Part shown: piece by piece, positions 30,747-42,358 of the stretch
Layout: every line of letters starts with the position of its first letter
How positions within the stretch are numbered: the first letter of the stretch is position 1
Source of the DNA: Peptococcaceae bacterium
GTDB taxonomy: Bacteria; Bacillota; DSM-521; Neomoorellales; Neomoorellaceae
Assembly (NCBI GenBank): GCA_003509545.1
Contig: DOLC01000002.1
Coordinates: 21,306-85,305, forward strand
Direction of reading: 5' to 3'
DNA: 64,000 bases
Program-made: the position numbers and the translations under genes
Notes under the pieces: generated by a model
What the model was told of the DNA's origin: nothing
The model's database searches: none
Seen by the model: only the letters and a program-made list of their open reading frames with translations

Positions 30747-31019
30747 CTACTTGGCTTCTTTTGCCGCCATGAATTTGTCCCAAACCCCTGCCTTTTTCAA
30801 GAGCGCCCTGGCCGTCTCGGAAGGTTGAGCCCCCACCTTCAACCACCGCAAGGCCTTTTCCTCGTCGATGGAGATTTCTTCAGGCTGCCGCACGGGATTA
30901 TAATAACCCAGCTCTTCGATAACCCGACCGTCCCGCGGCGAACGGGAATCGGCTACTACCAGGCGGTAAAAAGGGGCCTTCTTGGCGCCCATTCTCTTGA
31001 GTCTAATCCGCGTCGCCAA
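30747..31019 (-). CDS. rpsP: 30S ribosomal protein S16
   Basis: [28 protein letters not shown]. Confidence 0.97.
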   Translation of the reverse strand: MATRIRLKRMGAKKAPFYRLVVADSRSPRDGRVIEELGYYNPVRQPEEISIDEEKALRWLKVGAQPSETARALLKKAGVWDKFMAAKEAK

Positions 31020-31057
31020 TCCTCTTTTCACCTCCTTTCTAAGGTCCGTAGGCACAC

Positions 31058-32401
31058 CTACCCCGGTGGAAACTTTACCTTAATTTTACCCTTCTTGCCT
31101 CCGGCCAGATCGCCCAAATGCTGCATCAGCCTGCGAGCCTCCTCGAACTGCCGCAACAACCGGTTGACATCCTGCACCTTGGTCCCGCTGCCCGCAGCTA
31201 TACGCCTCTTGCGGCTGGCATTGATAATTCCGGGGTTTCGGCGCTCCTCCGGCGTCATCGACTGGATGATGGCCTCTATATGCACCAGCTCCTTGGGATC
31301 CACCTGGACACCCTTGAGCTGCTTCCAAGGACCCACACCGGGCAGGAGGCCCAGTATCTCCTCCAGCGGCCCCACCTTTTGTACCTGTTTGAGCTGGCGC
31401 AAGAAATCCTCCAGGGTAAAATCTTGCTGGCGCAACTTCCGCTGCAGCTCCAGGGCCTCTTCCCGGTCGATGGCAGCCTGGGCCTTTTCGATAATGGTCT
31501 GGACATCGCCCATGCCCAGAATCCTGGAAGCTATCCGGTCGGGGTGGAAGGCCTCCAAGGCCTCGGGCCTCTCCCCTACCCCGATGAATTTGATCGGGCA
31601 CCCGGTCACAGCCCGGACGGACAGCGCCGCACCGCCGCGGGTATCCCCGTCCAGCTTGGTCAGTATAACCCCCGTAAGCCCCAGCTCCCGGTGGAAGGCC
31701 TCCGCCACCCGCACCGCGTCCTGCCCCGTCATGGCATCCAGCACCAACAGGATCTCGTGGGGCCGGGCGGCTTCCTTCATGGCTCCCAGTTCGGACATCA
31801 TCTCCTCGTTGATATGCAGGCGGCCTGCCGTATCAACAATGACGGGGTCGTGGCCCAAACGGCGGGCCTCGTCCAGGGCCAAACGTACTATACCGACGGG
31901 GTTCTCTTCCTTCTCCGGGCTAAAGACGGGCAGCTTCAACTGCTCCCCCAGCACCTGAAGCTGCCGGACGGCCGCCGGCCGGTAAACATCTGCCGCCACC
32001 AAGAGGGGTCGCCGGCCTTGCTTCTGGCAATACAAGGCCACCTTCGCCGCCGTGGTGGTCTTACCCGCTCCCTGCAGCCCCACCAGCATTATCACCGTAG
32101 GGGGCTGACCCGTCCATTTGATCTTGTTTTCTCCGCCGCCCATCAGGGCGGTCAATTCCTCATAAACGATTTTAACTACCTGCTGACCAGGGGTAAGGCT
32201 TTGCTGCACCTCCAGGCCGACGGCCCTCTCCTTCACCCGGCCGAGAAAATCCTTTACCACCTTGAAATTGACATCAGCCTCCAGGAGGGCAAGCCTTATT
32301 TCCCGCAGGGCCTCATTCACATCGGCCTCGGTGAGTTTCCCTTTTCCCTTAAGTTTCCTTAAGGTATTCTGCAGTTTCTCCGCCAACGAACTAAACAGCA
32401 C
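31058..32401 (-). CDS. ffh: Signal recognition particle protein
   Basis: [22 protein letters not shown]-domain [11 protein letters not shown]. Confidence 0.97.
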   Translation of the reverse strand: MLFSSLAEKLQNTLRKLKGKGKLTEADVNEALREIRLALLEADVNFKVVKDFLGRVKERAVGLEVQQSLTPGQQVVKIVYEELTALMGGGENKIKWTGQPPTVIMLVGLQGAGKTTTAAKVALYCQKQGRRPLLVAADVYRPAAVRQLQVLGEQLKLPVFSPEKEENPVGIVRLALDEARRLGHDPVIVDTAGRLHINEEMMSELGAMKEAARPHEILLVLDAMTGQDAVRVAEAFHRELGLTGVILTKLDGDTRGGAALSVRAVTGCPIKFIGVGERPEALEAFHPDRIASRILGMGDVQTIIEKAQAAIDREEALELQRKLRQQDFTLEDFLRQLKQVQKVGPLEEILGLLPGVGPWKQLKGVQVDPKELVHIEAIIQSMTPEERRNPGIINASRKRRIAAGSGTKVQDVNRLLRQFEEARRLMQHLGDLAGGKKGKIKVKFPPG

Positions 32402-32789
32402 TCCGACGACCCCCTTGCCCTCTGCCGTCACCCGGCGGCCCCTCTAAGAGTTGTTCGAGTTGTTGAAGGGCTTTTTCGAACTCCTGCCAGCTTCCGCTCT
32501 CCTTGAAGGTCGACAAGCGACGGGCCACTTCTTCCAACTGCTCCCTTTCCCTGAGATACCGCTCCAGATACCCCAGCCGGGCTTCGTACTCCTCCAGGGC
32601 CCTTTCCGCCCGCTGCAGCCCGTCATACACAGCTTGACGGCTGACCTGACACAGGGCAGCAATCTCACCCAAGGAGAGATCATGATGGTAATGCAGCTCC
32701 AGCCACTGGCGCTGCTTGGGTGTCAGCAGGGGGCCGTAAAAATCGTACAACCGGCCAATGCGCGTCATGCGGTCTAAAAGGTTGGCCAT
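32391..32789 (-). CDS. ylxM: YlxM DNA-binding/SRP-associated protein
   Basis: LYDFYGPLLT, DLSLGEIA, SRQAVYD. Confidence 0.93.
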   Translation of the reverse strand: MANLLDRMTRIGRLYDFYGPLLTPKQRQWLELHYHHDLSLGEIAALCQVSRQAVYDGLQRAERALEEYEARLGYLERYLREREQLEEVARRLSTFKESGSWQEFEKALQQLEQLLEGPPGDGRGQGGRRSAV

Positions 32790-32798
32790 CGGTTTAAG

Positions 32799-32827
32799 AT
32801 TATAATCCCCCGGCCGGAACCTGTCAA
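32799..32827 (-). promoter_or_regulatory. Consensus sigma-A promoter of ylxM-ffh
   Basis: TTGACA-N17-TATAAT. Confidence 0.85.
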
Positions 32828-32832
32828 GGACT

Positions 32833-34134
32833 TTACTTTGACAGCCCTTGCAAAGCCCTTATCCGCCGGTTGGCTTCTCTATATATGCGCTCCTCGTCCA
32901 GGGTCTGCAGCCTGCCTCCGGCCATGAGGACGCGGCCGTTTACGATCACGGTGTCCACGTCGCCGCCCCGGGCCGCAAATACTACATGGGCCACAAGGTC
33001 GTTCACCGGTTGCAGGTGGGGCTGCCGGATATTGAGGAGGACCACATCGGCCTTTTTACCCGCCTCCAGAGTCCCGATCTCCTCTTCCAAGCCCAGAGCC
33101 CGGGCTCCGTTAATGGTGGCCATGGCCAGGGCTTCCTCGGCCTTCAAGACAGTGGGGTCGCCGGAAATCCCCTTGGCCAGGAGGGCCGCCGTCCGCATCT
33201 CCTCCAGCAGGTCCAGATTGTTGTTGCTCGCCGCGCCATCGGTACCCACGCCTACCGTCACTCCCGCCCTCAAGAGGGCGGGTATCGGGGCCACGCCGCT
33301 GGCCAGCTTTAAGTTGCTTTCCGGGCAGTGGGCCACGGCCACCTTCTTCTCCGCCAGGATGGCGATCTCTTCTTCCGTCAGGTGCACGCAGTGGGCGGCC
33401 AGGGTGGGTAGTTCGAACAATCCCAGCCTCGCCACATGGGCCACCGGCGGGGAACCGTAGACGGAACGAATTTCCTCGACTTCCTGCCTCGTTTCCGCCA
33501 GGTGGATATGTAAACCCACCCCCAGCCGTGCGGCCACCTCGGCCACTTTTGCCAGGTAGTCCGGAGGACAGGTGTAAGGGGCATGGGGCCCGAGCATGGT
33601 GGTGATGCGCCCGTCCCCGGCCCCGTGCCAATCCCGCACCAGACTTTCGGCCGTCCGGAGCCTTTCGTTCCCCGCACCTCCAATAGCGATAAGGCCCTGG
33701 CAAAGGCAGGCCCGCATACCGGCTTCCTCCACGGCCCGGGCCACCGCGTCCATGTGAAAATACATATCGGCAAAGGTAGTGGTCCCGGAACGGATCATTT
33801 CAGCCAGGGCCAGCTGGGTCCCCCAGTAAATGTCGTCCCATTGGAGCCTGTCCTCCACGGGCCAGATCTTCTCTTCCAACCACTGGCGCAAGGGCAAATC
33901 ATCGGCGTACCCCCGGAAAAGAGTCATGGCCGCATGGGTATGGATGTTGACCAACCCGGGCAGGGCCACTCGGCCTTCGGCCCTTATGATTTCTCCCTCC
34001 TCCCAGCCGGGAGGCAGCTCTTCCGCGGGCCCCACATAGGCCAACCGGTCGCCCGCAATGGCTATGGCTCCCTTGTCGATTACCGGTCCCCTTACGGGCA
34101 CAATAGAGCACCCTTGGACAAGGATTTTTTTCAC
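32833..34134 (-). CDS. mtaD: 5-methylthioadenosine/S-adenosylhomocysteine deaminase-like amidohydrolase
   Basis: PGLVNIHTH, PHAPYTC, HLAET, SNLKLASG, GTDGAASNN. Confidence 0.85.
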   Translation of the reverse strand: MKKILVQGCSIVPVRGPVIDKGAIAIAGDRLAYVGPAEELPPGWEEGEIIRAEGRVALPGLVNIHTHAAMTLFRGYADDLPLRQWLEEKIWPVEDRLQWDDIYWGTQLALAEMIRSGTTTFADMYFHMDAVARAVEEAGMRACLCQGLIAIGGAGNERLRTAESLVRDWHGAGDGRITTMLGPHAPYTCPPDYLAKVAEVAARLGVGLHIHLAETRQEVEEIRSVYGSPPVAHVARLGLFELPTLAAHCVHLTEEEIAILAEKKVAVAHCPESNLKLASGVAPIPALLRAGVTVGVGTDGAASNNNLDLLEEMRTAALLAKGISGDPTVLKAEEALAMATINGARALGLEEEIGTLEAGKKADVVLLNIRQPHLQPVNDLVAHVVFAARGGDVDTVIVNGRVLMAGGRLQTLDEERIYREANRRIRALQGLSK

Positions 34135-34168
34135 GGCTTGCTCCCCTTTCTTACCAGTTTACGGTACC

Positions 34169-34257
34169 CCGAAAATAACTTTTCTCCGGGCCGGCATTGT
34201 TTTTGCTTGCATGCCGGCCCGTCCTTCTCATCCTTCTGAGGGTGCCGCGCAGGCGGC
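34169..34257. repeat. 89-bp dispersed palindromic repeat, copy 2
   Basis: Homologous to 25422-25510, same orientation. Confidence 0.85.
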
Positions 34258-34301
34258 CTAGATCTCTACCCTAACCCACGGGCTCAGGATCGCCGCCCAG
34301 A

Positions 34302-35216
34302 TTAGCCGCCGAACAAGGCCAGGGCAAATTCCCGGGGCCGGAATTCTTCCAGGTCCTCAACGCCCTCGCCCAGGCCCACCAGCTTGACGGGGATCTTCAG
34401 CTCATGGGCGATGGCCAGCACCACCCCACCTTTGGCCGTCCCGTCCAGCTTAGTCAGCACAATACCGGTAACTTCAACGGCGTCGTGGAAGAGGCGGGCC
34501 TGGGAGAGGGCATTCTGCCCGGTAGTGGCATCCAGTACCAGCAACACCTCATGGGGCGCTCCCGCATGCTCCCTGCCGATGACCCGCCGGATTTTTTTCA
34601 GCTCTTCCATCAAGTTGGTCTTGGTCTGGAGGCGGCCCGCCGTATCCACCAACACCACGTCGGCCCTACGGCTGCGGGCTGCCTGGAGGGCGTCGAACAC
34701 CACGGCCCCGGGGTCCGCTCCCGGTTGGTGGCTTATCAGCTCCGCCCCCGCCCGCCGGGCCCAAACGGCCAATTGCTCTGCCGCCGCCGCCCGGAAGGTG
34801 TCCGCCGCCGCCAGGATTACCCGGCTCCCCTTCTGCCGGAAGCGGTAGGCTAATTTCCCGGTGGTTGTAGTCTTACCGGTCCCGTTAACCCCTACCACCA
34901 GGATCACGGTGGGAGGAGAAGGGGCCAGTTGAAGACCGGCCGCCTCATGCTCCATGAGTTTCACCACTTCTTCCTGCAGGAGGGAGCTTAGGGACGCCGG
35001 GTCGCCAATATTTTCTTTCCTCGCCCGCTGCCGCAACCCTTCCACGAGCTCCAAGGTAGTGGCCACGCCCACGTCGGCCGTAAGCAGAATCTCTTCCAGC
35101 TCCTCAAAAAATTCTTCGTCCAGCCCCCTTTTCCCGGCAAAAAGGTTCTCCAACCGGCCGGCCAGGTTTTCCCTAGTTTTGGTCAGGCTCTGTTTCAGTT
35201 TCTTGAGCAAGTTCAA
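34302..35216 (-). CDS. ftsY: SRP receptor FtsY
   Basis: [32 protein letters not shown]. Confidence 0.97.
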   Translation of the reverse strand: MNLLKKLKQSLTKTRENLAGRLENLFAGKRGLDEEFFEELEEILLTADVGVATTLELVEGLRQRARKENIGDPASLSSLLQEEVVKLMEHEAAGLQLAPSPPTVILVVGVNGTGKTTTTGKLAYRFRQKGSRVILAAADTFRAAAAEQLAVWARRAGAELISHQPGADPGAVVFDALQAARSRRADVVLVDTAGRLQTKTNLMEELKKIRRVIGREHAGAPHEVLLVLDATTGQNALSQARLFHDAVEVTGIVLTKLDGTAKGGVVLAIAHELKIPVKLVGLGEGVEDLEEFRPREFALALFGG

Positions 35217-35236
35217 GGCGCAGCACTTACCTCCCT

Positions 35237-38200
35237 TTAAGCCGAAATCTGTTCCATACGTACGGAAACCAACCGCGATACGCCTTCCTCTTCCATGGTT
35301 ACGCCGTAAAGCACATCGGCGGCCTCCATGGTTCCCTGGCGGTGAGAAACCACGATAAATTGAGTATGCTCGGCAAAGGAACGCAAGATGCGGGCAAAGC
35401 GCACAACGTTGGCGTCATCCAGGGCGGTATCGATTTCATCGAAGATGCAAAAGGCCCGGGGCTTCACCTTAAGAAGGGCAAAGATAAAGGCCAGAGCCGT
35501 AAGGGCCTTTTCGCCCCCGGACAGCAGAGCAAGGTGTTGGGACTTCTTACCCGGCGGCCTGGCCATTATCTCCACTCCGGCCTCCAAGAGATTGTCTTCC
35601 CCGGTCACCACCAGGTCGGCCGAGCCGCCGCCGAACAGCTCGTTAAAGAGAGAGGCAAAGGCCTCCCTTACGGCCTGGAGGGTACTCCCCAACCTCTGGG
35701 CCATAAAACTATCGATTTCCTGCAAGGCCGTCCGGAGGGTGTCCCTTCCGCCTTCCAGGTCGGCCACCTCGGCGCTCAGCTCCCGGTACCGGCGGCACAG
35801 CCTCTCGTATTCTTGAATAACCCCGGGATTTACTTCCCCTAACTTCTCCATCTCCGCCTTCAGCCTGGCCTTTGTTTCTCCGGCCCTTTTCATCAGATGG
35901 GGCCGGGGCCGGGCCGCCTTAGCCTGCCAATTCGGCCCGTAAAGGGCGGTTAGTTCCCGGTAGCCGCTTTCCAGGGCCGCTTCCAGCCGCGCCAGGCCGA
36001 TCTCTTCCCGCTGCAACCTGTTGCCGAGGGACCGGAGCTGCCGGGACACTTCTTCCCTTCGGGCCAGCAGCCGGTCCCGTTCCTCCTGGATCTTCCGTAC
36101 GGCCGCCTCCTGCTCCCTCAGGGAGGCCTCCAGCCGGGCGCAAGAAGCGGAGAGCCCTGCAAGGCTTTTTTCCAGGTCTTTTTGCCTTTCCTCTAGGCTG
36201 CGGACCGTCCTCCCCTCCTCGTCGCGGCGGGCCCGGAGCTCCTCACCCCTGCGCTCCAGGGTCTCTAAACGCCTAGCCAGGGAGCTAAGATTGGCCTCCA
36301 ACTCCCGGGCCGTTACCTTTATGGTTTCCAACCGGCTGCGGCTGCTTGCCAGCACCTGTTGCTGCTGCCGCAGGGTTTCCTCCAGTCGGGCCAACTCCTG
36401 CTGTCGGGAATCTAACTCCCCCCTCACCGCCTGCCGCCTGGCCTCAAGGGATGCCAGGCGGTCCTCCAGGGTTTTCTCCTTCTCGGCGGCCTCTCGGGAC
36501 CCCAGGACCAGCTCGTCCAGCTCCCTGCGCCTTTCTTCTATTTTCTCCTTTAAACTCCTGCATTCCTCCCCGCCGTCGCTTAATCTCTGCACGAGAAGGT
36601 GAATCTTACTCCCCACCCCCTCGATCTCCCGTTCCACCCTTACCAGGCGGCCACGGCTCTCTTCCAAGGTGGAGAGCTTTTCCTTTTCCTCCTGCCCCAA
36701 GGAGGTTAACTCCGCCTCTACTTCCTCCAGTTCCTGTTCCCAGCGCCTGGCTTCGGCCGTCTGCCACAGGATACCCCTACGTTTATGGGAGGATCCCCCG
36801 GTGATGGGCCCCCGAGGATGGATCAGATCCCCGTCCAAGGTGACCAGCCGCAAGGGGTTCCTTAAACGAGGCGCCAGGGCCAGGGCCTGTTTCAGCTCCT
36901 TCACCACAATAGTCTGCCCCAAAAGGTACTGGATGGCAGGCCGCAGATCCGGAGTATACTGGACCAGATCCGCAGCCACTCCCAACACGCCGTCCTCCTC
37001 CAGAATCCACCTAAACACCGCCGGCAGCGGGCGCCCCGTCAGCCATTCCAAAGGCAGGAAGGTCGCCCTTCCCCGCCCCGTCTCCTTCAAGAACTTGATG
37101 GCCGCCTCGGCGTCACGGGCCGTGCGCACCAGTATGTTTTGGGCGGCCGCCCCCAAGGCCATGTCCAGGGCTTTCTCCAGGCCGGCCGGCACGGTTATTT
37201 TCTCGGCCACCATCCCGACGATCGCCGCCTTGAGCCGGCCCTCCTCGGCGGCCGCCAGTACCGCCCTCACCCCTTCTCCGAGGGTTCCCCCCTCCCTGCG
37301 GGCCTGGCGCAAAACCTCCACGTGGGCGGCAGCCTTGTGACGCCGCTCTTCCGCCGCCCTTACACGTCCCCTTAAGGCCCTGAGCTCCCCTTCGCACCAG
37401 TCCACATCGCCGGCCAGGGTTTGTTTTTCCGCCTCGAGGGCCCCGAGGCGGTCTTGCAAAGTTTTTAGCTCCTCCCGCCAGGCGGCCATTTGCTCTTCCA
37501 GCCGCCGATGGCGGCCCTCCAGCTCCTTTAGCTCCCTTTCCCTGGTGCCTAAATCGCGCTTTTCCAGACCGCGGCGCTCATCCAGCCTGGCCCTCTCGTC
37601 CCTTAAGGCCGCCATGGCCTCCTCTATCCGGACCAGTTCCCGGCGCAACCGGGCGATGCCTTCCCCTTCTCTATTCTTCTGAACGGCAAGTTCCTCTATC
37701 GTACCTTCCAGACGGGATATCTCCCCCTGTAGCTCCCCTTCTTCCCGGCCGATATCCTCCAGGCGCCGCCTAACCCTCTCCTGCTCCCCGGACAGGGCGG
37801 AATATTCCTCTTCCAAGGAGGCCGCCTCGCGGGTATATTCGTCCAATCTGGCGGTCAGGGCCGTGAGCTTCTCCGAAAGCCACTTTTGCTCTGCCCGAAA
37901 CTGCTCCAACCGGGCGTTCGCTTCCCGGAGTTCGCGCTCGAGGGAATGCTTCCGGGCCACGGCTTCATCTATCTCGCAGCCCTTGCCCTCCAAGGCTGCG
38001 GTTATTCCTTCTTCTTCTCGGGCAAGGTCGGCGAGTTTTTCCTCCCAAAGTTCTTTCCGTCTGGCGCTCTCCTCCCGCCGGGCCGCCAGGCCCCGCAAGG
38101 CGGCCGCCCGTTGCATAAGTTCGACGAGTTGAAGGACCTGCTGCAGCTTAAGGTATCTCCGGGCGCGGCCAGCCTCCTCCTCCAGGGGGTCCAGCTGTAA

Positions 38201-38815
38201 CCGGAGCTCCTGGAGAATATCCTTCAGGCGCACGAGGTTCTGCTCGGTTTCCGCCAGCTTTTTCAACACCTGTTCCTTGCGCCAGCGATACCGGCTGATG
38301 CCCGCCACCTCTTCTAAGAAGACACGCCTTTCTTGCGGGTGGGCAGTAAGGATTTCTTCCAGCCTCCCCTGTCCTATAATGGCGAACTTTTCCTTGCCGG
38401 CCCCTGTATCGAGAAACAGCTCTTGAATGTCCCGGAGGCGGCAGGGGGTCTTATTCAGCTTGTACTCGCTCTCTCCCGAACGCGTCAGGCGCCGTGTAAC
38501 GGCAACTTCGGGAAAGTCCAGGGGCAGACCGCCGTCGCCGTTATCCAGGGTGAGGGTGACTTCGGCCAGACCCACCGGCCGGCGCTTTTCGCTGCCGGCA
38601 AAGATGACATCCTCCATATAAACTCCCCGGAGGACCCTGGCGCTCTGCTCACCCAGTACCCAAGCGATGGCGTCCACTATGTTGCTCTTCCCGCTGCCGT
38701 TGGGCCCTACAATACAAGTAATACCGGGCTCGAAATCCAGGCGGGTCCTGTCTACGAAGGTCTTAAAACCCTGCATCTCCAAGGTCTTGAGGAACAAAAG
38801 TACCTTTACCTCCAT
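35237..38815 (-). CDS. smc: Chromosome segregation protein SMC
   Basis: GPNGSGKSN, coiled coils, hinge [18 protein letters not shown]. Confidence 0.97.
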   Translation of the reverse strand: MEVKVLLFLKTLEMQGFKTFVDRTRLDFEPGITCIVGPNGSGKSNIVDAIAWVLGEQSARVLRGVYMEDVIFAGSEKRRPVGLAEVTLTLDNGDGGLPLDFPEVAVTRRLTRSGESEYKLNKTPCRLRDIQELFLDTGAGKEKFAIIGQGRLEEILTAHPQERRVFLEEVAGISRYRWRKEQVLKKLAETEQNLVRLKDILQELRLQLDPLEEEAGRARRYLKLQQVLQLVELMQRAAALRGLAARREESARRKELWEEKLADLAREEEGITAALEGKGCEIDEAVARKHSLERELREANARLEQFRAEQKWLSEKLTALTARLDEYTREAASLEEEYSALSGEQERVRRRLEDIGREEGELQGEISRLEGTIEELAVQKNREGEGIARLRRELVRIEEAMAALRDERARLDERRGLEKRDLGTRERELKELEGRHRRLEEQMAAWREELKTLQDRLGALEAEKQTLAGDVDWCEGELRALRGRVRAAEERRHKAAAHVEVLRQARREGGTLGEGVRAVLAAAEEGRLKAAIVGMVAEKITVPAGLEKALDMALGAAAQNILVRTARDAEAAIKFLKETGRGRATFLPLEWLTGRPLPAVFRWILEEDGVLGVAADLVQYTPDLRPAIQYLLGQTIVVKELKQALALAPRLRNPLRLVTLDGDLIHPRGPITGGSSHKRRGILWQTAEARRWEQELEEVEAELTSLGQEEKEKLSTLEESRGRLVRVEREIEGVGSKIHLLVQRLSDGGEECRSLKEKIEERRRELDELVLGSREAAEKEKTLEDRLASLEARRQAVRGELDSRQQELARLEETLRQQQQVLASSRSRLETIKVTARELEANLSSLARRLETLERRGEELRARRDEEGRTVRSLEERQKDLEKSLAGLSASCARLEASLREQEAAVRKIQEERDRLLARREEVSRQLRSLGNRLQREEIGLARLEAALESGYRELTALYGPNWQAKAARPRPHLMKRAGETKARLKAEMEKLGEVNPGVIQEYERLCRRYRELSAEVADLEGGRDTLRTALQEIDSFMAQRLGSTLQAVREAFASLFNELFGGGSADLVVTGEDNLLEAGVEIMARPPGKKSQHLALLSGGEKALTALAFIFALLKVKPRAFCIFDEIDTALDDANVVRFARILRSFAEHTQFIVVSHRQGTMEAADVLYGVTMEEEGVSRLVSVRMEQISA

Positions 38816-38885
38816 AAAAGAAACTGCTCCTCCTTAGAGCAGTTCCCTCGTGCTGATATACCGCTGATTTTACACCTAACCGAGG

Positions 38886-39146
38886 TTACCTAGGTTCTAC
38901 AATAAATCTTATGGCCGTTCGGGTCTCGCCGTCAATATTGATTTCGGTAAAGGCAGGGATCATCACCAAATCGATGCCGTTGGGGGCGATGAAACCGCGG
39001 GCTATGGCAATAGCCTTTACGGCTTGGTTCACCGCACCGGCGCCTACCGCCTGGATCTCGGCCCTGCCGTATTGGCGGAAGACGGCTGCCAGGGCGCCTG
39101 CTACGGCCTTGGGGTTAGATTGAGCCGATACCTTTAGTACCTCCAT
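38886..39146 (-). CDS. spoVS: Stage V sporulation protein S
   Basis: VLKVS..VAGALA..GAGAVNQAVKAIAIARG. Confidence 0.95.
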   Translation of the reverse strand: MEVLKVSAQSNPKAVAGALAAVFRQYGRAEIQAVGAGAVNQAVKAIAIARGFIAPNGIDLVMIPAFTEINIDGETRTAIRFIVEPR

Positions 39147-39240
39147 GGTCCTCCTCCCTTGACCGGTGTTCTGTTTTCCTCCATGCGGTCGGTTTCCTTT
39201 ACTCCTGTCAGCATTTCTCTAAAAAGTTATTAAAATATTA

Positions 39241-39267
39241 TTTCGACGCAGGAGTTACAAATCCTTC
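39241..39267 (-). promoter_or_regulatory. Putative sigma-H promoter of spoVS
   Basis: GAAGGATTT-N11-GTCGAA; spoVS is sigma-H dependent in B. subtilis. Confidence 0.7.
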
Positions 39268-40013
39268 CTTGGGTCAAGGTAATCAGCAAGGAGGAGGGAT
39301 ATATCTTCTCCGGCTTGAAGTCTGGACAAGGCGGCCCGGGCAGCCTCTTGTTCCGCCTCTTTTTTGCTCCGACCCTCGCCCGTGGCCAGGAGCTTGGCGC
39401 GGTAGAACACCCCGGCTCTGAATTGTTTGGCATGGTCCGGTCCCCACTGGTCCAAAATCTTGTAACTTACGTTCGCCGTGCCCCTCTTTTGCACCCATTC
39501 TTGCAGCTTGGTTTTGAAGTCCAGCACCCTGCGGCCGTCCAATTCCTTGACCCTTTCCCCGAACAACCGCCGCACCAGTTCCTTAACCTCCGCCAGGCCG
39601 GCCGCCAGGTACAGGCTCCCTACGACCGCTTCCAGGGCGTCGGCCAAATTGGAGGGGCGGTGGCGGCCCCCGCTTTGTTCCTCGCCGTGGCCCAGCAAGA
39701 GAAATTCTCCCAGCCCCAGCCTCTCGGCCGCCTGGGCCAGGCTGGCCTCGCAAACCAGGGCGGCCCGGAGACGCGTCAGATCCCCTTCGGGCAAGGAGGG
39801 GAACTCCCGGAACAAAAATTCTGCCACGGCCAGGCCTAAGACGGCGTCGCCCAAAAATTCCAGCCGCTGGTTGTGGGCCGGTAGATTATGTTCAAAGGCA
39901 TAAGTAGGATGGGTCAAGGCCAAATTTAGTAGTTCCAGGTCCCGTACCTGTAAGCCCAGCCTCTGTACAAGAAGCTCCAGTTTGCGGCATCTATCGGCAT
40001 TCATCTGCGCCAC
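39255..40013 (-). CDS. rnc: Ribonuclease III
   Basis: NQRLEFLGDAVL, dsRBD SKKEAEQ. Confidence 0.96.
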   Translation of the reverse strand: MAQMNADRCRKLELLVQRLGLQVRDLELLNLALTHPTYAFEHNLPAHNQRLEFLGDAVLGLAVAEFLFREFPSLPEGDLTRLRAALVCEASLAQAAERLGLGEFLLLGHGEEQSGGRHRPSNLADALEAVVGSLYLAAGLAEVKELVRRLFGERVKELDGRRVLDFKTKLQEWVQKRGTANVSYKILDQWGPDHAKQFRAGVFYRAKLLATGEGRSKKEAEQEAARAALSRLQAGEDISLLLADYLDPRKDL

Positions 40014-40022
40014 CTCGAAGGT

Positions 40023-41264
40023 TTATTCCTCCATACGCTTCAATAAAACAACGGCGTTGTGGCCGCCGAAGCCAAAGGAATTGGAAAGGGCGGCCCTCAC
40101 TTCCTGCTGCCGCGCCTGGTTGGGCACGTAATCCAGGTCGCAGTCCGGATCTGGATCTTCATAATTAATGGTGGGAGGAATAATACCTTCATAAATGGTA
40201 AGGGCAGTAGCCACCAGTTCTACGGCCCCGGCCGCCCCCAGCAAATGGCCGATCATAGACTTGATAGAGCTCACGGCCAGCCTATAGGCATGGGAGCCGA
40301 ATACCTTCTTGATGGCCAGGGTTTCAATACGGTCGTTGAGCTCCGTGGAAGTCCCATGGGCGTTAATGTAGTCCACGTCCTCGGGCCGCAAATCCCCGTC
40401 CGCCAGCGCCAGGGCCATGGCTCGGGCCGCCCCTTCGCCTTCCGGCTCGGGGGCCGTTATATGGTAAGCGTCGGCCGTACAACCGTAACCCGCAACTTCG
40501 GCGTAAATCCTTGCCCCGCGCGCCCGGGCGTGTTCAAGGGTTTCAAGGATGAGGACTCCCGCCCCTTCCCCCAGAACGAAACCGTCCCTCTGGCGGTCGA
40601 AGGGGCGGCTGGCCGCCTGCGGGACCTCGTTACGGGTAGAAAGGGCCTTCATGGCGCCAAAACCCGCCAGAGCCAGAGGTGTGACGCTGGCCTCGCTCCC
40701 GCCGGTAATGACGATCTCCGCCTCTCCCCTCTGTAAGACCCGTAGGGCTTCTCCCACGGCGTTGGTCCCCGAGGCGCAAGCGGTATTTATGGTAAAATTA
40801 TTCCCCCGGGCGCCCAAATGAATGGCAATCTGCCCGGCACCCATATTGGCTGTCATCATGGGCACAAAGAAGGGACTGACGCGGCCGGGACCCTTTTCCA
40901 GCAGGGTACGGCTCTGGGCTTCAAAGGTCTCCATACCGCCGATGCCGGTGGCGAAAACTACTCCCACCCGCCAGGGGTCCACCCGTTCCATATCCAACCC
41001 GGCGTCCTGCCAGGCCATCTTAGCCGCCGCCACCGCGTATTGGCTGTAGCGGTCCATACGTTTAGCCTCTTTCCGGTCCAGAAAGGGGCCGGGATCAAAC
41101 CCGCGCACTTCGGCGGCAATACGGGTGGGCATCTCGTCGGCATCGAAGCGGGTTATGGGACCGATGCCCGATACCCCCGCCTTAAGGGCCTGCCAGAAGC
41201 TGTCCTTATCGTTACCGACCGGTGAAATCACTCCCAGGCCGGTGATGACTACCCGTTTGCGCAA
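40023..41264 (-). CDS. fabF: 3-oxoacyl-ACP synthase II
   Basis: RVVITGLG, TACASG, NAHGTST, GHLLGAAG, SFGFGG. Confidence 0.96.
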   Translation of the reverse strand: MRKRVVITGLGVISPVGNDKDSFWQALKAGVSGIGPITRFDADEMPTRIAAEVRGFDPGPFLDRKEAKRMDRYSQYAVAAAKMAWQDAGLDMERVDPWRVGVVFATGIGGMETFEAQSRTLLEKGPGRVSPFFVPMMTANMGAGQIAIHLGARGNNFTINTACASGTNAVGEALRVLQRGEAEIVITGGSEASVTPLALAGFGAMKALSTRNEVPQAASRPFDRQRDGFVLGEGAGVLILETLEHARARGARIYAEVAGYGCTADAYHITAPEPEGEGAARAMALALADGDLRPEDVDYINAHGTSTELNDRIETLAIKKVFGSHAYRLAVSSIKSMIGHLLGAAGAVELVATALTIYEGIIPPTINYEDPDPDCDLDYVPNQARQQEVRAALSNSFGFGGHNAVVLLKRMEE

Positions 41265-41337
41265 GGGCTCTCCCTCGACTTTCTTACCAAGGATTTGTTG
41301 CTGCAGGGGTAACTCCGCCCTGCAGCAACTCCGAGGC

Positions 41338-41571
41338 CTACTTGGCACGTTCCTTAATATATTCCACCGCGGCCTTTATGGTAGTTAGCTTTTCGGCATC
41401 CTCATCGGGGATCTCGATATCGAACTCCTCTTCCAGGGCCATGATGAGTTCCACAATATCCAGGGAATCCGCATTGAGATCCTCGAAGGAAGTGTCCATG
41501 TTAATCTCTTCTTCCTCCACTCCTAATTGCTCGGCTACAATACTCCTGACTTTGTTAAAAATGTTGTCCAC
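41338..41571 (-). CDS. acpP: Acyl carrier protein
   Basis: [12 protein letters not shown]. Confidence 0.97.
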   Translation of the reverse strand: MDNIFNKVRSIVAEQLGVEEEEINMDTSFEDLNADSLDIVELIMALEEEFDIEIPDEDAEKLTTIKAAVEYIKERAK

Positions 41572-41613
41572 TTACCTCACCTCCTTCCCCGTCCTGCCGA
41601 GGCCTTAAGAAAT

Positions 41614-42357
41614 CTATATGGTAAGCCCGCCATCCACCACAATAACCTGCCCGGTGATATAGCGGGCAGCAGGCGAAGCCAAAAAGACCACCACCTCCGC
41701 TACTTCCTCAGGGGAGCCGGGCCTGCCCAGGGGAATCCTCTCCAGGAAGGACCGGCGGCTTTCCTCCGGGAGCCCGCCGGTCATGTCGGTGCTGATGAAG
41801 CCGGGGGCCACGGCGTTGACAAGAATGCCGCGGGAAGCCACCTCTTTGGCCAGGGACTTGGTCAGGCCTATAATTCCGGCCTTGGCCGCCGCGTAGTTGG
41901 CCTGCCCCGCGTTCCCCGTCAAACCCACCACTGAAGTAATATTAATAATACGGCCCGCCTTCTGCCGCAGCATAGGTCTCAAGGCCGCCTGACAGCAAAA
42001 GAACACCCCCGTCAAATTGGTATGCAGGACGGCTTCCCACTCTTCCTCCTTCATACGCAGGGAAACATTATCCCGGGTAATACCCGCATTGTTTACGAGA
42101 ACGTCCAGCCGTCCAAAGGCTTCAAGGGTTCCCTCTACTAAAGCCCGGGCTGTTTCCGGGCGGGATACATCCCCCTGCCAGGCCAGGGCCTCGCCGCCCT
42201 GTTCCCGCACGAGGTCCACCACCTCGCGAGCCTCCCTTTCGCGGCTTAAGTAGTTCACCACCACCTTAGCTCCGGCCCTGGATAGCGCCAGAGCCGTAGC
42301 CCGCCCTATACCCCGCGAGCCCCCCGTCACCACGGCCACCTGTCCCGCCAACTCCAT
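41614..42357 (-). CDS. fabG: 3-oxoacyl-ACP reductase
   Basis: [21 protein letters not shown]. Confidence 0.96.
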   Translation of the reverse strand: MELAGQVAVVTGGSRGIGRATALALSRAGAKVVVNYLSREREAREVVDLVREQGGEALAWQGDVSRPETARALVEGTLEAFGRLDVLVNNAGITRDNVSLRMKEEEWEAVLHTNLTGVFFCCQAALRPMLRQKAGRIINITSVVGLTGNAGQANYAAAKAGIIGLTKSLAKEVASRGILVNAVAPGFISTDMTGGLPEESRRSFLERIPLGRPGSPEEVAEVVVFLASPAARYITGQVIVVDGGLTI

Positions 42358-42358
42358 T

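Noticed and set aside
30825..32362. Long + strand ORFs (377 aa and 414 aa; likewise 43357-44445, 57713-58456, 50769-51602)
   Set aside because: Antisense or alternate-frame shadows of conserved genes (ffh, fabK, etc.), expected at high GC.
41298..41328. Hairpin between acpP and fabF as a novel RNA
   Set aside because: An ordinary intercistronic stem-loop that would stabilise the abundant acpP transcript.
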